A stretch of 64,000 bases of DNA. Source: Glaucostegus cemiculus. Taxonomy: Eukaryota. Positions 1 through 13,193 of the stretch are shown here, piece by piece. The stretch lies in the NCBI GenBank assembly GCA_976551045.1, contig CDPCPM010000736.1, forward strand, positions 434,001 through 498,000, written 5' to 3'. Below the pieces are notes generated by a model that was given only the letters and a program-made list of their open reading frames with translations, ran no database searches and was not told the origin of the DNA. A program made the position numbers and the translations under genes. Position 1 is the stretch's first letter. Every line of letters starts with the position of its first letter.

Positions 1-349
1 ATTGGACTAAGACCCGCCCCGGATCACACACTGAATTTATTGAAATATTTAAATGTACTGAGAAATATCGCAGTTAAACTTAAGCTTGTAAAACATCCAA
101 AAAGGAATTGTAATAAAAAAAAATCTTCACATATTTTAAGCATCAGCAATATAACCCTGTCCCTTCTGCTTCTTAGATCTCATTGATAAAGCATGCAATT
201 GGTTTCTTCGCTAAATTGTGGGAGATTTAATGTGGTTTAATCCGTTTTTGTTAATTTATGGTTCTCATATTTCTTTCTGAGAACCACTACTTGGTCACCT
301 AAGTCACACGTTAAAGAACCGGTTGGCTTTTCATCTAATTTGGATGGTC

Positions 350-860
350 ATAGTCATACAACATGGAAACAGGTCTTTCAGCTCAACAAATACACGGCAA
401 CCAGTGGGCACCCATCCATGTTAATCCCATCTTCCAGCTCTTACCCCATAGCTTCAATGTCTGTGCGATTGAAGTGGCCATCTAAACACCTCTTAAATGC
501 TGTTAGCAAGTCTGCTTCCACCAGTGTCACGGGTAATGCATTCTGAGTACTCACTTTTCTCTGTGTGAAAAAGATGCCCCTCAGATCTTTTACCGCTGGC
601 CCAAAATCTTTGTCCTCTATTCACCTACGGTAATGGATGTGTGTGGGGGGCGGCGGGGTGGGGGGCGAAGATTTATGCAGTCCACTCTCTGTAAACCCCT
701 CACAATTATATATACTTCAGTTATGTCCCTTCTGAACCTCCACCGCTCCAGGGAGAACAGACCCAGCCTCTCCAGTCTCTCTCTTTATAACTGAAACACT
801 CCACCCAGGCAACATGCTGGAGAATCTCTTCTGTACCGTCTCTAGGGCGATCACATATTA
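350..860 (-). mobile_element. Degraded CR1-type LINE 3' fragment
   Basis: Similar to the other CR1 3' ends in the window (ccaggcaacat.ctgg.gaatct.ttctg.acc). Confidence 0.6.
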
Positions 861-1129
861 TACTTGGCGCGTTATAACCCGGAATTCACGGCACCAGCTT
901 GCGATTTCCTGCGAGTGGTACACCGAAGTCATTAATGACGATTCCTGGAAAACTGTTATGTTAACAAGTCCCGAGCATCATTCTATTTGATAACATTTAT
1001 TGCCAAATCAATTTTCTGGTGAATATTGAGGGAAACACGAATGTGATGATTTATTAAAGTTTGCGCCCCATAAAACACAGTTTAAATATATTAAAAATCA
1101 CATTATCAGCCAACAAGATGTTATGGAAT

Positions 1130-1420
1130 TACAAAAACAGAAATGCTGCTCATACTCCGCAGGTCAGGCAGCATCAATAGAGGGCGAGAGACAGAGTCAA
1201 TATATTAGGCCGTAAATAAAAACAAACGCAGATGCTAGAAATCTGAAATAAGAACGTAAAATATTGGAAGTACTCAGCAGGCGAGTTAGCGTCTGTGAAA
1301 AGACATGCGTTTTAACAGGGAGAAGTTCTGATATAGGGTCCCGGGCCGGAAAAGTTAGTTGTTTCTCTGTCCACAGATGCTACCTCACCCGTTGAGTGTT
1401 TCCAGCATTTTACGTTTTTA
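1130..1420. mobile_element. Penelope-derived non-autonomous repeat (inverted arms, degenerate hammerhead-like core)
   Basis: actc.gcaggtcaggcagcatc arm and inverted gatgct.cct.accc.ttgagt arm around ctgatatagggtcccgggccggaaaagtt. Confidence 0.55.
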
Positions 1421-2179
1421 ATTTGACATTTTAGGCCTTTCAATAGTACAACGTGGATATAGCTCGAAGAACAAAACTACGGTTTAAACTCAAGGCCTTC
1501 ACAAGTCTACGGAAGCTTAAATAGACTCATAGAATCTATTGTTACCAGGAATGAGCGCACTGAGAACACAGTGTTGAGTTTTAATAATCCCACGCTTTCT
1601 CAAATTATATTATTGTCAATGGGAGTTGGGACGTGACTTTCTTGGCACAGGCGACTACATGTTCATTCCCAGTTGATCTAGTTTCAGAAAATGTTTTTTT
1701 TTCTTCCTGCATTCTCCTTCTTTGATGTGTTTATTCAAACACGAAGGGAAGCTCAATGTTTATCAGCTGAGGAAATAAAATATATAAATTAGTAAAACGA
1801 CAAGTCGAATGGAGCAAAATTGACTGCAATTATTACTATTAACTGGCTGTCCAGAACGTTTCTGAATAACTGCTGAATGCGGAGCTGGATTTTGTCCAAA
1901 ATATTTTTGCTGTCACGCTGTCTTCCAGGCAACCTTGTTAAAATAAGTATCTGTTATCAGCTGCATCTGTGCCATAGCTAAAATGCAGTTCCTGTCATTT
2001 CAGTGCAGGACAACACTAGAGGGGACTGTCTGAGCTTCCACATGGTTTGTATTTCTATAGGGAGATCTCCCCTTCCATCCTGTGATGTCCTGCGAGTAAC
2101 TCGACGTATTGCATTTGATACTACCGTTCGATATAAAATCATTGTCTCAAAAATGCTCCGAAGCTATGGTCCACAAGCC

Positions 2180-2490
2180 GGCGACAGGTACAGTAGAGTA
2201 GCGTTTAGTGTAACGCTATTACGGCGCCAGCGACCCGAGTTCAAATCCGGCCACTGTCTGCAAGGTTTTTGTACTTTCTCCCCGTGTCTGTGTGCGTTTC
2301 CTCCGGGTGCTCCGGTTTCCTCCCACGTTCCAAAGACGTACGGGTTAGGAAGTTATGGGCGTGTTATGTTGGCGCCAGAAGCGTGGCGACACTTGCGAGC
2401 TGCCCCAAGAACACTACGCAAAAGATGTATTTCTCTGTGTGTTTCGGTGTACACGTGACTAATAAAGATATCGTATTCTTATCTTAGTCT
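2180..2490 (+). mobile_element. tRNA-derived V-SINE (HE1-like)
   Basis: A/B-box-like head, conserved core ctccgggtgctccggtttcctccca, AATAAA and simple-repeat tail. Many related copies occur in the window. Confidence 0.75.
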
Positions 2491-2637
2491 TAAAATACAG
2501 AGCGTGATACGAGATAAGCCATTTCTGCATATAACAATTAATTGTAGTTCGCATTTATCACCTGTAAACCCAACACCAAATACAGTCTACGATTCCAGTT
2601 AGAAATTCTTTACTGTATTCTATTGGACACTTGCCTG

Positions 2638-2795
2638 TTAGATCACATTGTTCCTATTGACGATTCCATGAGACTCCCGGAGACGGATGAGGAAAACTGT
2701 TACAATGTTGATCACAACAAATATTGCAAGTTTCAATCCCATTTCAACAACCTGCCAACGCAAGTCCCTTCCACTGCTTTCTGTTGTGTTCCTGC
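2638..2795 (-). CDS. Gene A stalk/TM/cytoplasmic exon: (R)RNTTESSGRDLRWQVVEMGLKLAIFVVINIVTVFLIRLRESHGIVNRNNVI*
   Basis: Acceptor ttctcaacag|GC. Hydrophobic stretch with Lys near its N-terminal end, short tail with no Tyr motif. Clearly paralogous to exon 18516-18697. Confidence 0.85.
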
Positions 2796-3962
2796 CTGTT
2801 GAGAATAATGAAATCAAATTCACCAATGACTTTTCTACGGACTTTCTATGACCTTCCAGTATCGTGGCCCTGGTTGTTCCTTGTTTCTTTCAAAATAAAG
2901 ACAAATACAAACACCAATGACATGGGAGGCAGCGGCGCCTCTTGTTGAGCTGCTGCGCCAGAGCGCCAGCAGCGTGGGTTCTACCCTGACTGTCGGTGTG
3001 GAGTCTGCATTTTCTCCCCGATTATGGAAATCTAAAACAACAACAGGAAAATGCCGGAAATACTCAATAGGACGATGCTCATCTGCGTCGTGGACCCTTC
3101 GTCAGAAATGAAAAGGAGACAAATGAGGCTTCTAAGTCTGCAGGGAGGGTGGGGCAGTGGGGAGTAACGTGATAGAGTAAAACTGGGTGACCATGGGATT
3201 TAAGCCATAAACAAGGTTGTCCGGTCAACGGGTGAACATAAGAACATAAGAAACAGGAGCAGGAGGAGGCCATCTGGCCGGTCGAGCCTGCTCCGCCATT
3301 GATTAGATCACGGCTAATGCGGCCGTGGACTCAGCTGCACCAACCTGCCTTAATTCCCCTACTATGCTAAAATCTATCCATCTGTTGACTTAAATATATT
3401 TAATGGGGTAGCCTCCACTGCTTCCCTGGGCAGAGAAGTCAACATATTCACTAGAAAAAGCAGTTACTCCTCAGCTGTGTCCTTAATCTACTTCCCTGAA
3501 TGTTTGGTCTATGTCCCTTAGTTCTGGTCTCACCTGCCAGTGGAACCAACATTCCTGTCTCTATCTTATATACCCTTTTCATAATTGTATATGTTCCTAT
3601 AAGATGTCCACTCATTCTTCTGAATTCCAGCAACTATAGTCCCAGGAGACACAATCTCTCACAAGTGAATCCCCTCATTCCCGAAATCAACGCGGTGAAC
3701 CTCCTCTGCACCGCCTACAAAGATAGTATATCTTTTCTCAAACAAGGAGACCGGAACTGCACGCAGTACTCTAGGCGCGGCCTCGCCAGTACCCGATACA
3801 GTTGCAGCATAATCACCCTGCTCTTAAATTCAATTCCCGTAGCAATGAAGGCCGATGGGAACAGTTAGAGAGCGAGTACATGGACAAAAGAATAAAAGGG
3901 TTACGAGATGCAGAGCAGGAGGACTGGCCCAGCAGGTCAGAGTGGGCAGGTTGTAGAGAGTC

Positions 3963-4015
<53 letters not shown>

Positions 4016-4751
4016 GAGAGAGAGAAGTAGAAGGGGTGGGGGGGGGGTGTGGGAAGCTGAGCTAATGTTACAGATAGATGACTGGTACAGACCGGGAACC
4101 CTGTTACAGTGTGTGTTTCCTCCCGGGTGTTCCAGTTTCCTCTCGCATCTCATTAACGTGCAACTTGGTATGTTAATTGACAACTGTCAATTATCACTTT
4201 GGGTGTTGCGGAATTAATGAGAACGTGGTGAGAGTAGGCTGCAGGATGAATTAATGGAGGAAGGTTTGTTCTTTGAGCCGGAATAGCCTCGATGGGCCAA
4301 ATGGCTTCCTTCTATGTTATGTAGAAACATGGGACTTTGCCTTGAGTTTGTCTGCTGAGCCTTTGCAAAGCAGAATAACGTGGTACCTTTTCCCCATTAA
4401 ATAGTATTTTTACGTCCACCATTTTACTACTTTCCACTGCAATTAAACACCACCCATCTTTTGTTCAGGAACATGAAGCGATTATGACATTTTAATTGAC
4501 AAGTGGACGTTTTATTTGTTAATAAATAAAGACTAGATATTTTGAAAGCTTTTTAGAATGTCCACTCAATTTATTGTTGGTGTATTGAATACAATAAAGC
4601 AATTTACTCTCTATCAAAGTTGTAATGGCGATGTTGCTGTATTGATTATTTCATCTCGTGGTCATTTATTGTCCAAAGGCGCATTTGGCAGTGGAATGTC
4701 TTGAGGTGCACATCGTTCAACCTCTGTCTGTCCATCTATCTATACGTCTTT

Positions 4752-4820
<69 letters not shown>

Positions 4821-7800
4821 AAGCACTCTGCTTTCACCACAAACTTCCACAGAATTGGTTGAACCGTTAATATTGCCCTTGGCCTATTGATTTCTCGATC
4901 AACGGTCTGTGGAGAACCGTGTACTTGAGTTCTGCTGATTTACTTGTTTGAAATTATAGACGACATCTCTGCCACAGAAAGGTAATTTAGTCTAATCTTC
5001 GACCACTCACATATTGTTTGGGTATAAGATTGACCGCAGGGGGACGTGTGTTAGAACGTCCACAATGTGTCAGAACGGCCCAAAATGTTGCGCCGACATA
5101 GCTAATCCCGCCTACTAACAGAATGCCCATATTCTTCCATATTGCTCTCATTCATGTGCCCATCCAAGCCCCTCTTAAAACCCCCCAATGAAATTGCCTC
5201 CACTACCTTATCAAGCACCGCACTCCAGGCATCCACCTGCGTTTTTGTAGAATGCCTCTCTATCTAACTGAAGAAGCGTTTGCCACATTATATTCTCAGC
5301 ATATTTTATGTACAGCGAGTCATTAAAATATTTCAACTGATGATAAAGATTTTCCTATTATTGCATCGTTTTATTCTTCATTTCCCCTTGTACGCAACAA
5401 CCACCGGATCTGTCTATCCACAGGATTTAATTGCACTTTGTACACAAGAGGATTGAACGACAGATACAAATGGAACAAATTTACCTAATGTTCACCCCTA
5501 AATATGATGTACCATGTAACAGCTGATTACAGCGTTTAATTCCAGAAGTATTTAACTCCCTGAATCTAAGTTCCCCAGCTGCCGTGATCTACCGTTTTAC
5601 TGTGGATCAATCGCCTTGGAAAACTAGCCCACAAATAACAACTATCATGATTGTTTTAATGCTGTTTTCTCGGTATCTTTCCCACCAATTCATGGTTTGG
5701 AATTGCGATTCCTAACGTCCTAGCAGGAGGTTATAGCTTCTGAAAGTGACCATCACTTTGGTATGGATTGTTACAAATTCAGCAGCCAAGTGCATTAATA
5801 ACCCTTAGAAATAGCTTTCGGTATTTGAAGTGGCGCTCAAATCTTTACTAATGCCAGAAGGACTCTGCAGATTCCTACAGTAAGCACTGTCTTCTTCAGG
5901 ATCTATTTCCCTGCATTATTATGATGGGTGTTGCATTTTAACCTAAAGCCTAACTAAAAGCGCACCGTTTGGCAACATTGACATAACTTCCAAGATTACA
6001 AACCGTTATCTTTAATGAGAGTAAAATCGGGTCACACATTGGGCGATTCCGTCAGTTGCCTGGTTGAAAAGGCCGGGTTAAACACCGCCTCCCCACCGCA
6101 CCCCCCCCCCCCCGAGAAATCCTCCAATTATGAGAATGACAGTTTCTATTTACTTGTGGTTGTCAGTCGAACGATAAACTCGTCCGTTTGAACGTCTCGC
6201 TCATTTTGTGAACAGCAATAATCGCCTTTAAACATTAATTATGTTCCGAATATCTGTAGCTTAAATTTAAATTGACTTAAGTGTTTTTTCCTGCTGTGTG
6301 GCAGCTGATGATGGTGGGTAGATCTCTGGGGTAATGCAAACTTACGGATGACTGTGACTACTGTCCCGTTTCCAAAATATTTTCCTTCCATGGTAGTATC
6401 CACTTGGCAGTAATACCTTCCTGTATCGGTCACTTTGAGGTCGGTGATTTCGATAGCTGCACCTGGAATGCCCTGTGAACTGTTTTCCAGAACGCGACCA
6501 TTGTACCGGTTGCACGTGTTGAGCACGGAACGGTCTTCATCGTCTTTATACCAACTGACGGCTGCAATCGCTCTGCCCCCTGAATAGTTTGTATTCCGGC
6601 TGAACGTACAGGTAAGGTGCACTGTTTCCCCTTCGGTAACGGTGATCCGCTGCGGCGATTGCATGATGGTTTCTCGGACGCCAACGGTTTCTGTAACCAG
6701 AAATAATTACAATTTTAACTCCGGAGTTTGTTGGCTGCGTTCATCATGAAGCATCACAGCATTGCGCCATAACGGTCAGTACTCAATTAAATATGAACAA
6801 AGCTAAAGAGCTGACTTTCGCAAGTCACGGCGGTGTGTCAGTCTGCAATAGGAGAGGAGTAAACGGCAAGCAATTGCTCCAAACCGTCTTACTGCTATAA
6901 GCAATACCTGACCTTTTGAATGCATCCAATACCATTCGGGTTTAAACTCTAGCGGGTAATAATTTATGCGCTCCTATCCACAGATAAAATAAACTCGGCT
7001 GATGAGTGCACTCTATTGTTTATGTAGGTTTGTATTGTTGTTAGGGATGAAAGCAGAGAGGAGAGGACGAACCTGTTACCATTCACAGAACGGCCCTAAC
7101 TTTGGGAAACATGAGTTTATGGTTGTTGCTGGGGCATATTTTCATGTTATTGTTATCCTTGTCAACACCCTGCTTGGAAAGAATTTGGAGGCAGAAGCCC
7201 TAACCCCATCTACAAAAGCGCCCGGATGAGCGTTTCATGTATGGTGTCCTGCGGGGATGGAGCCCAGAGACAGAACGGCTGCAAATGTCTTTGGAAAAGG
7301 AACACTGGTGGTTGTCCTTTCCACCTCAGCGGTGATCTGATGGGGCGAATTCTGATGACGGTGGGTACAACGTTGAATCTGAAGGTAAAACCATGTAAAC
7401 TTACGTGTGACTATGACTTCTGTCCCACTTCCAAGATACTTTCCGTTCATGAAAATATCCATTTGGCAGTAATACCTTCCTGTATCGTTCATTCTGAGGT
7501 GAATGATTTCGATAGATGAACTTTGAATATCGAGAACTTTGTTTTGAACAACGCGACCACTATACCCGCTGCACGTGTTGCAAACGGAACGGTTTTCCAC
7601 GTCTTTGTACCAGCTCAATGCCCCAATCACACTATCCCCCGTGTGGGTTGTAATCCGGCTGTAAGTACAGTTTAGCTGCACCGTCCCTCCTTCAGTAACG
7701 GTGACCTGCTGCGGCGATTGGCTGATTGTTACTGGGACTCCAACGGTTCCTGCAACCAGAAATAACCTCAATTTCAACGCCAGGGTTTGGTGGATGTGAG

Positions 7801-10800
7801 CATCATGAAGCATCAAAGCATTGCGCATAATGTTCTACATTCAGTCAAACAGGCAAGGGGATAAATCGTTGGGTTTCACGAGCTCGGTTAGTCTGACAGT
7901 CTTCAACAGAAGAAGAGTAAAGTGTGACTGGTAATCCTATGCCTTCCCATCTTCCATCAACATTACTCAGTTGAAGTAGTTAGAGACAGAAGGACTAACC
8001 ACACCTAAAAAGTGCCTCCATGAATAAAACAACAACATAGAATCAGAATCAGAATCAGTTTTATTGTCACAACCATATACATACATAGTATGCATAGGAG
8101 CGAGATACCATCCTCCTCAGGTGCTCGTCCCATTAAATAACAACCAACAGAGACACACAGTCACACTTAACAGAATAAACATTAAAAAATATTAAACATT
8201 AAAAACTACGGAAGTTAAAATTAAATTAATACGCAGATTAAATTAAAAATGTCCGGTAAATAAATAATAGTTATTAAAGTGAACGGGCTGATGGCGGGCG
8301 TTTAAAGTGCTGGTGCATTTCTGTGCACCTAGCACCTCCTAGTGTTAACAAGGAGGATGGAGGGATGAGAGAGTATGCAGTTCTGATGGCTTGCGGAAAG
8401 AAGCTATTGTTCAGCCTGGTCGTTCTTGCCCTGATACATTTAAGCCTCCTCCCCAATGGCAAAATTGTAAAGAGGTGATGGGAGGGGTGAGAAGGGTCGG
8501 CCATTATGCTTTTGGTCTTCCTCACACAACGGTCTTTGTATATGTCTGCGAGGGATGGAAGCGAGACACCTATGGTCCTCTCCGCAGCCCTAACTATCCA
8601 TTGGAGGGACTTCCGCCCAGCAGCTGAGCAGCTTCCAAACCAAACAGTGATACATTGAGTTAGGATGCTCTCAATGGTCCCTCTTTAGAAGGTTTTCATA
8701 ACGGAGGGATGGGGGTACGCTTTCCTCAGTCTCCGCAGGAAGTAGAGGCGTTTCTGAGCTTTCCTCGTGAGGGCCGTAATGTTAGTGGACCAGGTCAGGT
8801 AGTCGGTGATGTGCACCCCCAGGAACTTGGTGCTGCGTACTTGTTCCACAGCAGACCCGTTGATGGTCAGCGGGGCGTGCACATGGTGACCCCTCCTAAA
8901 ATCCACTATCATCTCCTTGGTTTTATCCACATTCAAGGAGAGGTTGTTGTCACAGCACCACACGGCTAGTTGTTTCACCTCCTCTCTGTAGTCCGACTCA
9001 TCGTCAGGTGTGGTTTGAAATGCGGCAAAACATGGCCGAAGGGCCTGTATTGTGCTGTATTGCTCTATGGTTCTATGGTTCTATAACATGCTGGAGGAAC
9101 TCAGCCCTTTTCTCCACGGATGCTGCCTGGCCTGCGGAGTTCCTCCAGCATCTGGATTCCAGCATCTGTAGTCCTTTGTTTCTCAAGTGTCTCGATGAAC
9201 AATTTAGGTATCGTAATCTGCGGGGATGGGACCCAGATAGAGGATGATTGAAAATATATCTGGAAAACGGACAGTTGTGGTTGCCTTTCTACCTCGGCGT
9301 GAATCTGATGGGGCGAATTCTGATGACGGCGGGTACTGCGTTGAATCTGAAGGTAAAATCATGTAAACTTACGTGTGACTCTGACTTCTGTCCCACTTCC
9401 AAGATACTTTCCGTCCATGAAAATATCCACTTGGCAGTAATACCTTCCTGTATCGTTCATTCTGAGGTGAATGATTTCGATAGATGAACTTTGAATACCG
9501 AGAACTTCGTTTTGCAGAACGCGACCACTATACCCGCTGCACGTGTTGCAAACAGAACGGTTTTCCACGTCTTTGTACCAGCTCAATGCCCCAATCACAC
9601 TATCCCCCGTGTGGGCAGTCCTCCGGCTGTAAGTACAGTTTAGCTGCACCGTCCCTCCTTCAGTAACGGTGACCTGCTGCGGCGATTGGCTGATTGTTAC
9701 TGGGACGCCAACAGTTCCTGCAACCAGAAATAATCATAATTTCAACAGCACAGTTTGGTGGATGTTTCCATCATTAAATGTCATTGTGCCATAACTTTCT
9801 GCACTCAGTTAAACATGGATGGACATAAATGACTGCGTTTTCCAAGCCGGGTTACTGTGATCGTCTTCTATAGGACAATGGTTGTTGCTTTTTTAACCTC
9901 TGTATGGCCACATACAGCAACATAAACCATCCAAGTTACGTAATTTATTTGAGATAAATAACGAGAGTTTCTTTAATGAGGGCAAAGGCGGCTGTAATAA
10001 AACATGTCGTTAATTCCCCTACTTCGTACTTATTCGCAGCGATTCATAGCCCACCATTGATCCATGCATAAAACACTTTGAAGCTAATTATCTTTCACAC
10101 TGGATTTCAACTTGCTGTCCAGGAAATGACAGTCCACTCACGGGGCAGTTATTGAGAAGCGGCCAGTTGATACCCCGTGTCCCGAACTCCAGGTATTTGC
10201 TTGATCTCACTAACTGAAAGCAAGTCCTGACGATTTTCTTAAACCACAGTGCAAGCACATGCTTTAACTTTGACTTGTTAAGATATTTTGTGAAACAAGA
10301 AGCGATTGCACGCTTTGCAATTTTACTATTAATTTGTTACATTTTGGCGCTAAAGCAACTATATCTCCACAGGTTTGTGTGTTGATTAGTTAAATTGTCC
10401 TCTGGGGCAGGGAGTGATAGAGGGAGGAACTTTATGTGTATTGCTATGAATACATTTATTCCTTGTTGTTAACTTTCTATAACACCTTTAGTTGTTACAA
10501 AAGCGCGATTAAATACAGGAGCAGATTGCCACTGAGTCAGTCTAAACAACACCTTACACCACAGCAATTTAAAGTACTCGAATGGTTGAGGACTCAGTTC
10601 CAAGTACGGTATTTTTGCGTCAAGTGCACGCCGACCATTTTATTAGCAAGAGTGAAAATCCGCAATCAACTCACTGAACTTACTTCAAGATAGTCGCCTC
10701 TGAACTTACCCGGAGGAACCAGTTTGTGCATATCTCTTTTTAATGTGTGTCTCTGTTCTGTTCTCATGAAAGTATTTAACTCTTTTTGAAAATGCTGGAT

Positions 10801-11300
10801 GCCCAGACCAGGCTGTTTCTAATTATTGTCAATCAAAGAATAAACAACTGGTTCCCAGCAGTTTATGATAGTCAATTGGGCATTTGGTGTCCATGATGTG
10901 GAATTATNNNNNNNNNNNNNNNNNNNNNNNNNNNNNNNNNNNNNNNNNNNNNNNNNNNNNNNNNNNNNNNNNNNNNNNNNNNNNNNNNNNNNNNNNNNNN
11001 NNNNNNNNNNNNNNNNNNNNNNNNNNNNNNNNNNNNNNNNNNNNNNNNNNNNNNNNNNNNNNNNNNNNNNNNNNNNNNNNNNNNNNNNNNNNNNNNNNNN
11101 NNNNNNNNNNNNNNNNNNNNNNNNNNNNNNNNNNNNNNNNNNNNNNNNNNNNNNNNNNNNNNNNNNNNNNNTGCGCGCTCGCGCTCGCGCGTATGCGTGC
11201 ATGAGCGCGCGCACACCCTTGTCCCCATATATGAAACTCCGTGTCTGGATTACTTACCAGAGAAAAACAGCGCTAACCAAACGACCATATTCCACAACAT
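2638..11300 (-). CDS. Gene A (spliced span): NKp30/NCR3-like VJ-type IgSF receptor; leader + three tandem V exons + Lys-containing TM/short tail (predicted activating)
   Basis: Exons 11300-11258, 9717-9373, 7749-7405, 6690-6346 and 2795-2638 all have canonical AG/GT ends with phase-1 junctions and join into an open frame. Confidence 0.85.
3235..3856 (-). mobile_element. CR1-type LINE 3' fragment
   Basis: Translation LEFRRMSGHLIGTYTIMK..PLAGETRTKGH is typical of the CR1 ORF2 C-terminus; (catAAGAA)n tail. Confidence 0.8.
3963..4025. repeat. (GA)n microsatellite
   Basis: Direct reading. Confidence 0.95.
4755..4817. repeat. (TC)n microsatellite
   Basis: Direct reading. Confidence 0.95.
6346..6690 (-). 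CDS. Gene A V exon 3 (VJ-type Ig V-set domain)
   Basis: ctggttacag|AA ... ATCC|gtaagt; 345 nt. Motifs LTC..WYK..DTGRYYC..FGNGTVVTV, with the J-like G strand in the same exon. Confidence 0.92.
7405..7749 (-). CDS. Gene A V exon 2 (VJ-type Ig V-set domain)
   Basis: ctggttgcag|GA ... ACAC|gtaagt; 345 nt. Motifs LNC..WYK..DTGRYYC..LGSGTEVIV, extra CxxC (CNTC). Confidence 0.92.
8039..9007 (-). mobile_element. 5'-truncated Rex1/Babar-type LINE with (GATTCT)n tail, between V exons 1 and 2 of gene A
   Basis: ORF WCCDNNLSLNVDKTKEMIVDFRR..KFLGVHITDYLTWSTN..KAQKRLYFLRRL and ARTTRLNNSFFPQAIR; tail repeats at 8039-8058. Confidence 0.88.
9373..9717 (-). CDS. Gene A V exon 1 (VJ-type Ig V-set domain)
   Basis: ctggttgcag|GA ... 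ACAC|gtaagt; 345 nt. About 96% identical to exon 7405-7749 by hand count. Confidence 0.92.
10908..11171. other. Assembly gap (N run) in gene A leader-V intron
   Basis: N run. Confidence 1.
11258..11300 (-). CDS. Gene A leader (signal peptide) exon MLWNMVVWLALFFS(G)
   Basis: gaaccATG start, 43 nt, phase-1 donor TCTG|gtaagt, hydrophobic. Paralogous to 43426-43468. Confidence 0.85.
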
Positions 11301-12784
11301 GGTTCGGCGGCTGCCTGGAAATGAAGGCAGATCATCATTTTATTAGACATGCATTCAGCTTATTGAATAATATGATTGTGTTAGTGATGATTACTAAGTT
11401 TCTGAGCAACTCTTCTCATATTAAAACATTTCATCCTCTTGAATCTCAAGACCTGAGTATTTCTTAAGTTTTGTTCCCAGTAACTTTGCAACTGCAGACA
11501 TGCTGTTTACCGGTGTACCGTTCCATGCAAGTTCTGGGCGTCATTGCGAGGTCCCAATTTCTTCAGTCTAAATATACAGGTCCAGCCCAGTGGGTTGAGG
11601 TCAGAGAAAAAAAACAGTGCAAGATCAATGATATGGATACACTCTAGGCAGGTCGAGGAGATGTAGAATTGTTAGAACTTCTCGGGAAGTTTGTGAATTC
11701 TATGACAATTGCAGAGAGATGTATGGGTGAAATTCAGATTCTTCTGAAAGAATCATCTATTGTCCATTCGTAATTGCACATGAATTCAGGGGCATTCTAC
11801 GTCACTTCAGGTGGTATTAAAGGTTAACAACAATGCTGCCAGGATGTGGTATCACCAAGAGGGTAAGATTCCGTCACTCGATTGTATTGAACCAAATACA
11901 CTTGAATTTGTAATAACAGCAATTCATCAATGTCTAACTTTGTTTTCATTCGTCAGATTTAAGGAAGCCAGTTGCCTTGGATTTGAATTAATAACTCTTA
12001 CACCTCAATCCAGTAACATGATATCAAAATGCTCCCACGCCACTCATGTATCTGGGCCAACGTGTGCAGACAAGGACATATTTTCTCTGACAGATTGGTG
12101 AGTGATATCTCCAGGTATTTTCAAGGATCCGTTTCTGGGTTTAACAGCCTAAACCTACCCAATCTCAGAACAAGAAAATAGTAATTGTCTCGCCACAGGA
12201 CCTTTTCCCAGTTAGTTTAATTCCACGGCCCTACTTTCAGTTTTTACCCTTTCATGTTTACTCCATTGAATACCTTCATAATTTTGTGTGTCCCAGTTCA
12301 GTCTCCTCTAAGCGTCCTCTTGTTAAAAAGTGTGTGTGGGGGCGGAGGGGAATGGGTTGGGGGGGGGGGGAGGAAAAGAACGTTTCCAATAGGCCAGAAA
12401 CGTTATCGATCTCTGCGTCATCTGCAGCGCTATCATACCTTCGCTCAACTGCGCTAAGCTGAACGACATGCAGTACACTTGTCGCGTAAATAGTATTGAA
12501 GACAGTTTGGGGGTAACTATTTTACCTTTATATGCCATACCTCAGCTAATGAAGGAAAACATTCTGTACTCCTTTTTAGCCACTGCTTGGTCTGCCCTGC
12601 TACACTGAAGGATTTATGGTTACACACAACTTCCTTATGTATTCGCTTGCTACGAGCCACCAATCTACCTCTCTGTATTTTATTCCATTTGTCGTTTCCT
12701 TCCCAAACATCATTTCCTCCTGGAGCCTAAAACTTTTATTCTGCCAATAACATATCCAAGTTTGTACCCCCTGCAAACTGTTTG

Positions 12785-13193
12785 TGTCATGGTTCTGAGT
12801 ACTGGCCATTGATTTGGTTCCTTAGATGCCTCGTTTTACAGCACATGGATTCAATGCTGGACTGATTGCATAATGACACACACCTGAGCCCCACCAGGGG
12901 CCTAACATAAGTACCTGGGTTTCTCTAGCACTAGTTGCCAGAGGATTGGTCAACCTTGAAGATTCAGTTTGGTTCCTAGCTGCTTAGAGTGGTCTACTCC
13001 AGAGCAGCCCTGCGTTCTCTAATCCTGCTTGAAGATTTAGTTCGTGTTGGGATTACTACTCAGATCCCCGAGGCATTAATTCCTTCCAGTGTTGCCTGTG
13101 TCCGGTCCTGAGGAAGTATCCTGACTCCAGTCCGGTACCAGTGTGCTGCATTTGGGTTCTCTGTGATCTTGCTCTTCAATCAACATTGTGATA
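12785..13193 (+). mobile_element. Solo LTR (409 bp) with 5-bp TSD GTTTG
   Basis: Starts TGTCA, ends TGATA (variant of TGACA); GTTTG on both flanks; homologous to 16995-17866. Strand is tentative. Confidence 0.85.

Noticed and set aside
2180-2260. tRNA-like A/B boxes as tRNA genes
   Set aside because: These are SINE heads followed by the V-SINE core; no complete cloverleaf.
10710-10731. ATG-containing mini-exon MHKLVPP(G) with a good phase-1 donor upstream of V1
   Set aside because: Not a signal peptide and no paralog in gene C; the 11258-11300 leader is much better supported. It cannot be excluded as a minor start.
10819-11467. Long ORFs crossing N runs (also 19814-20335 and 42550-43404) and ORFs through (GA)/(TC) repeats
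   Set aside because: Artefacts of gaps and microsatellites.
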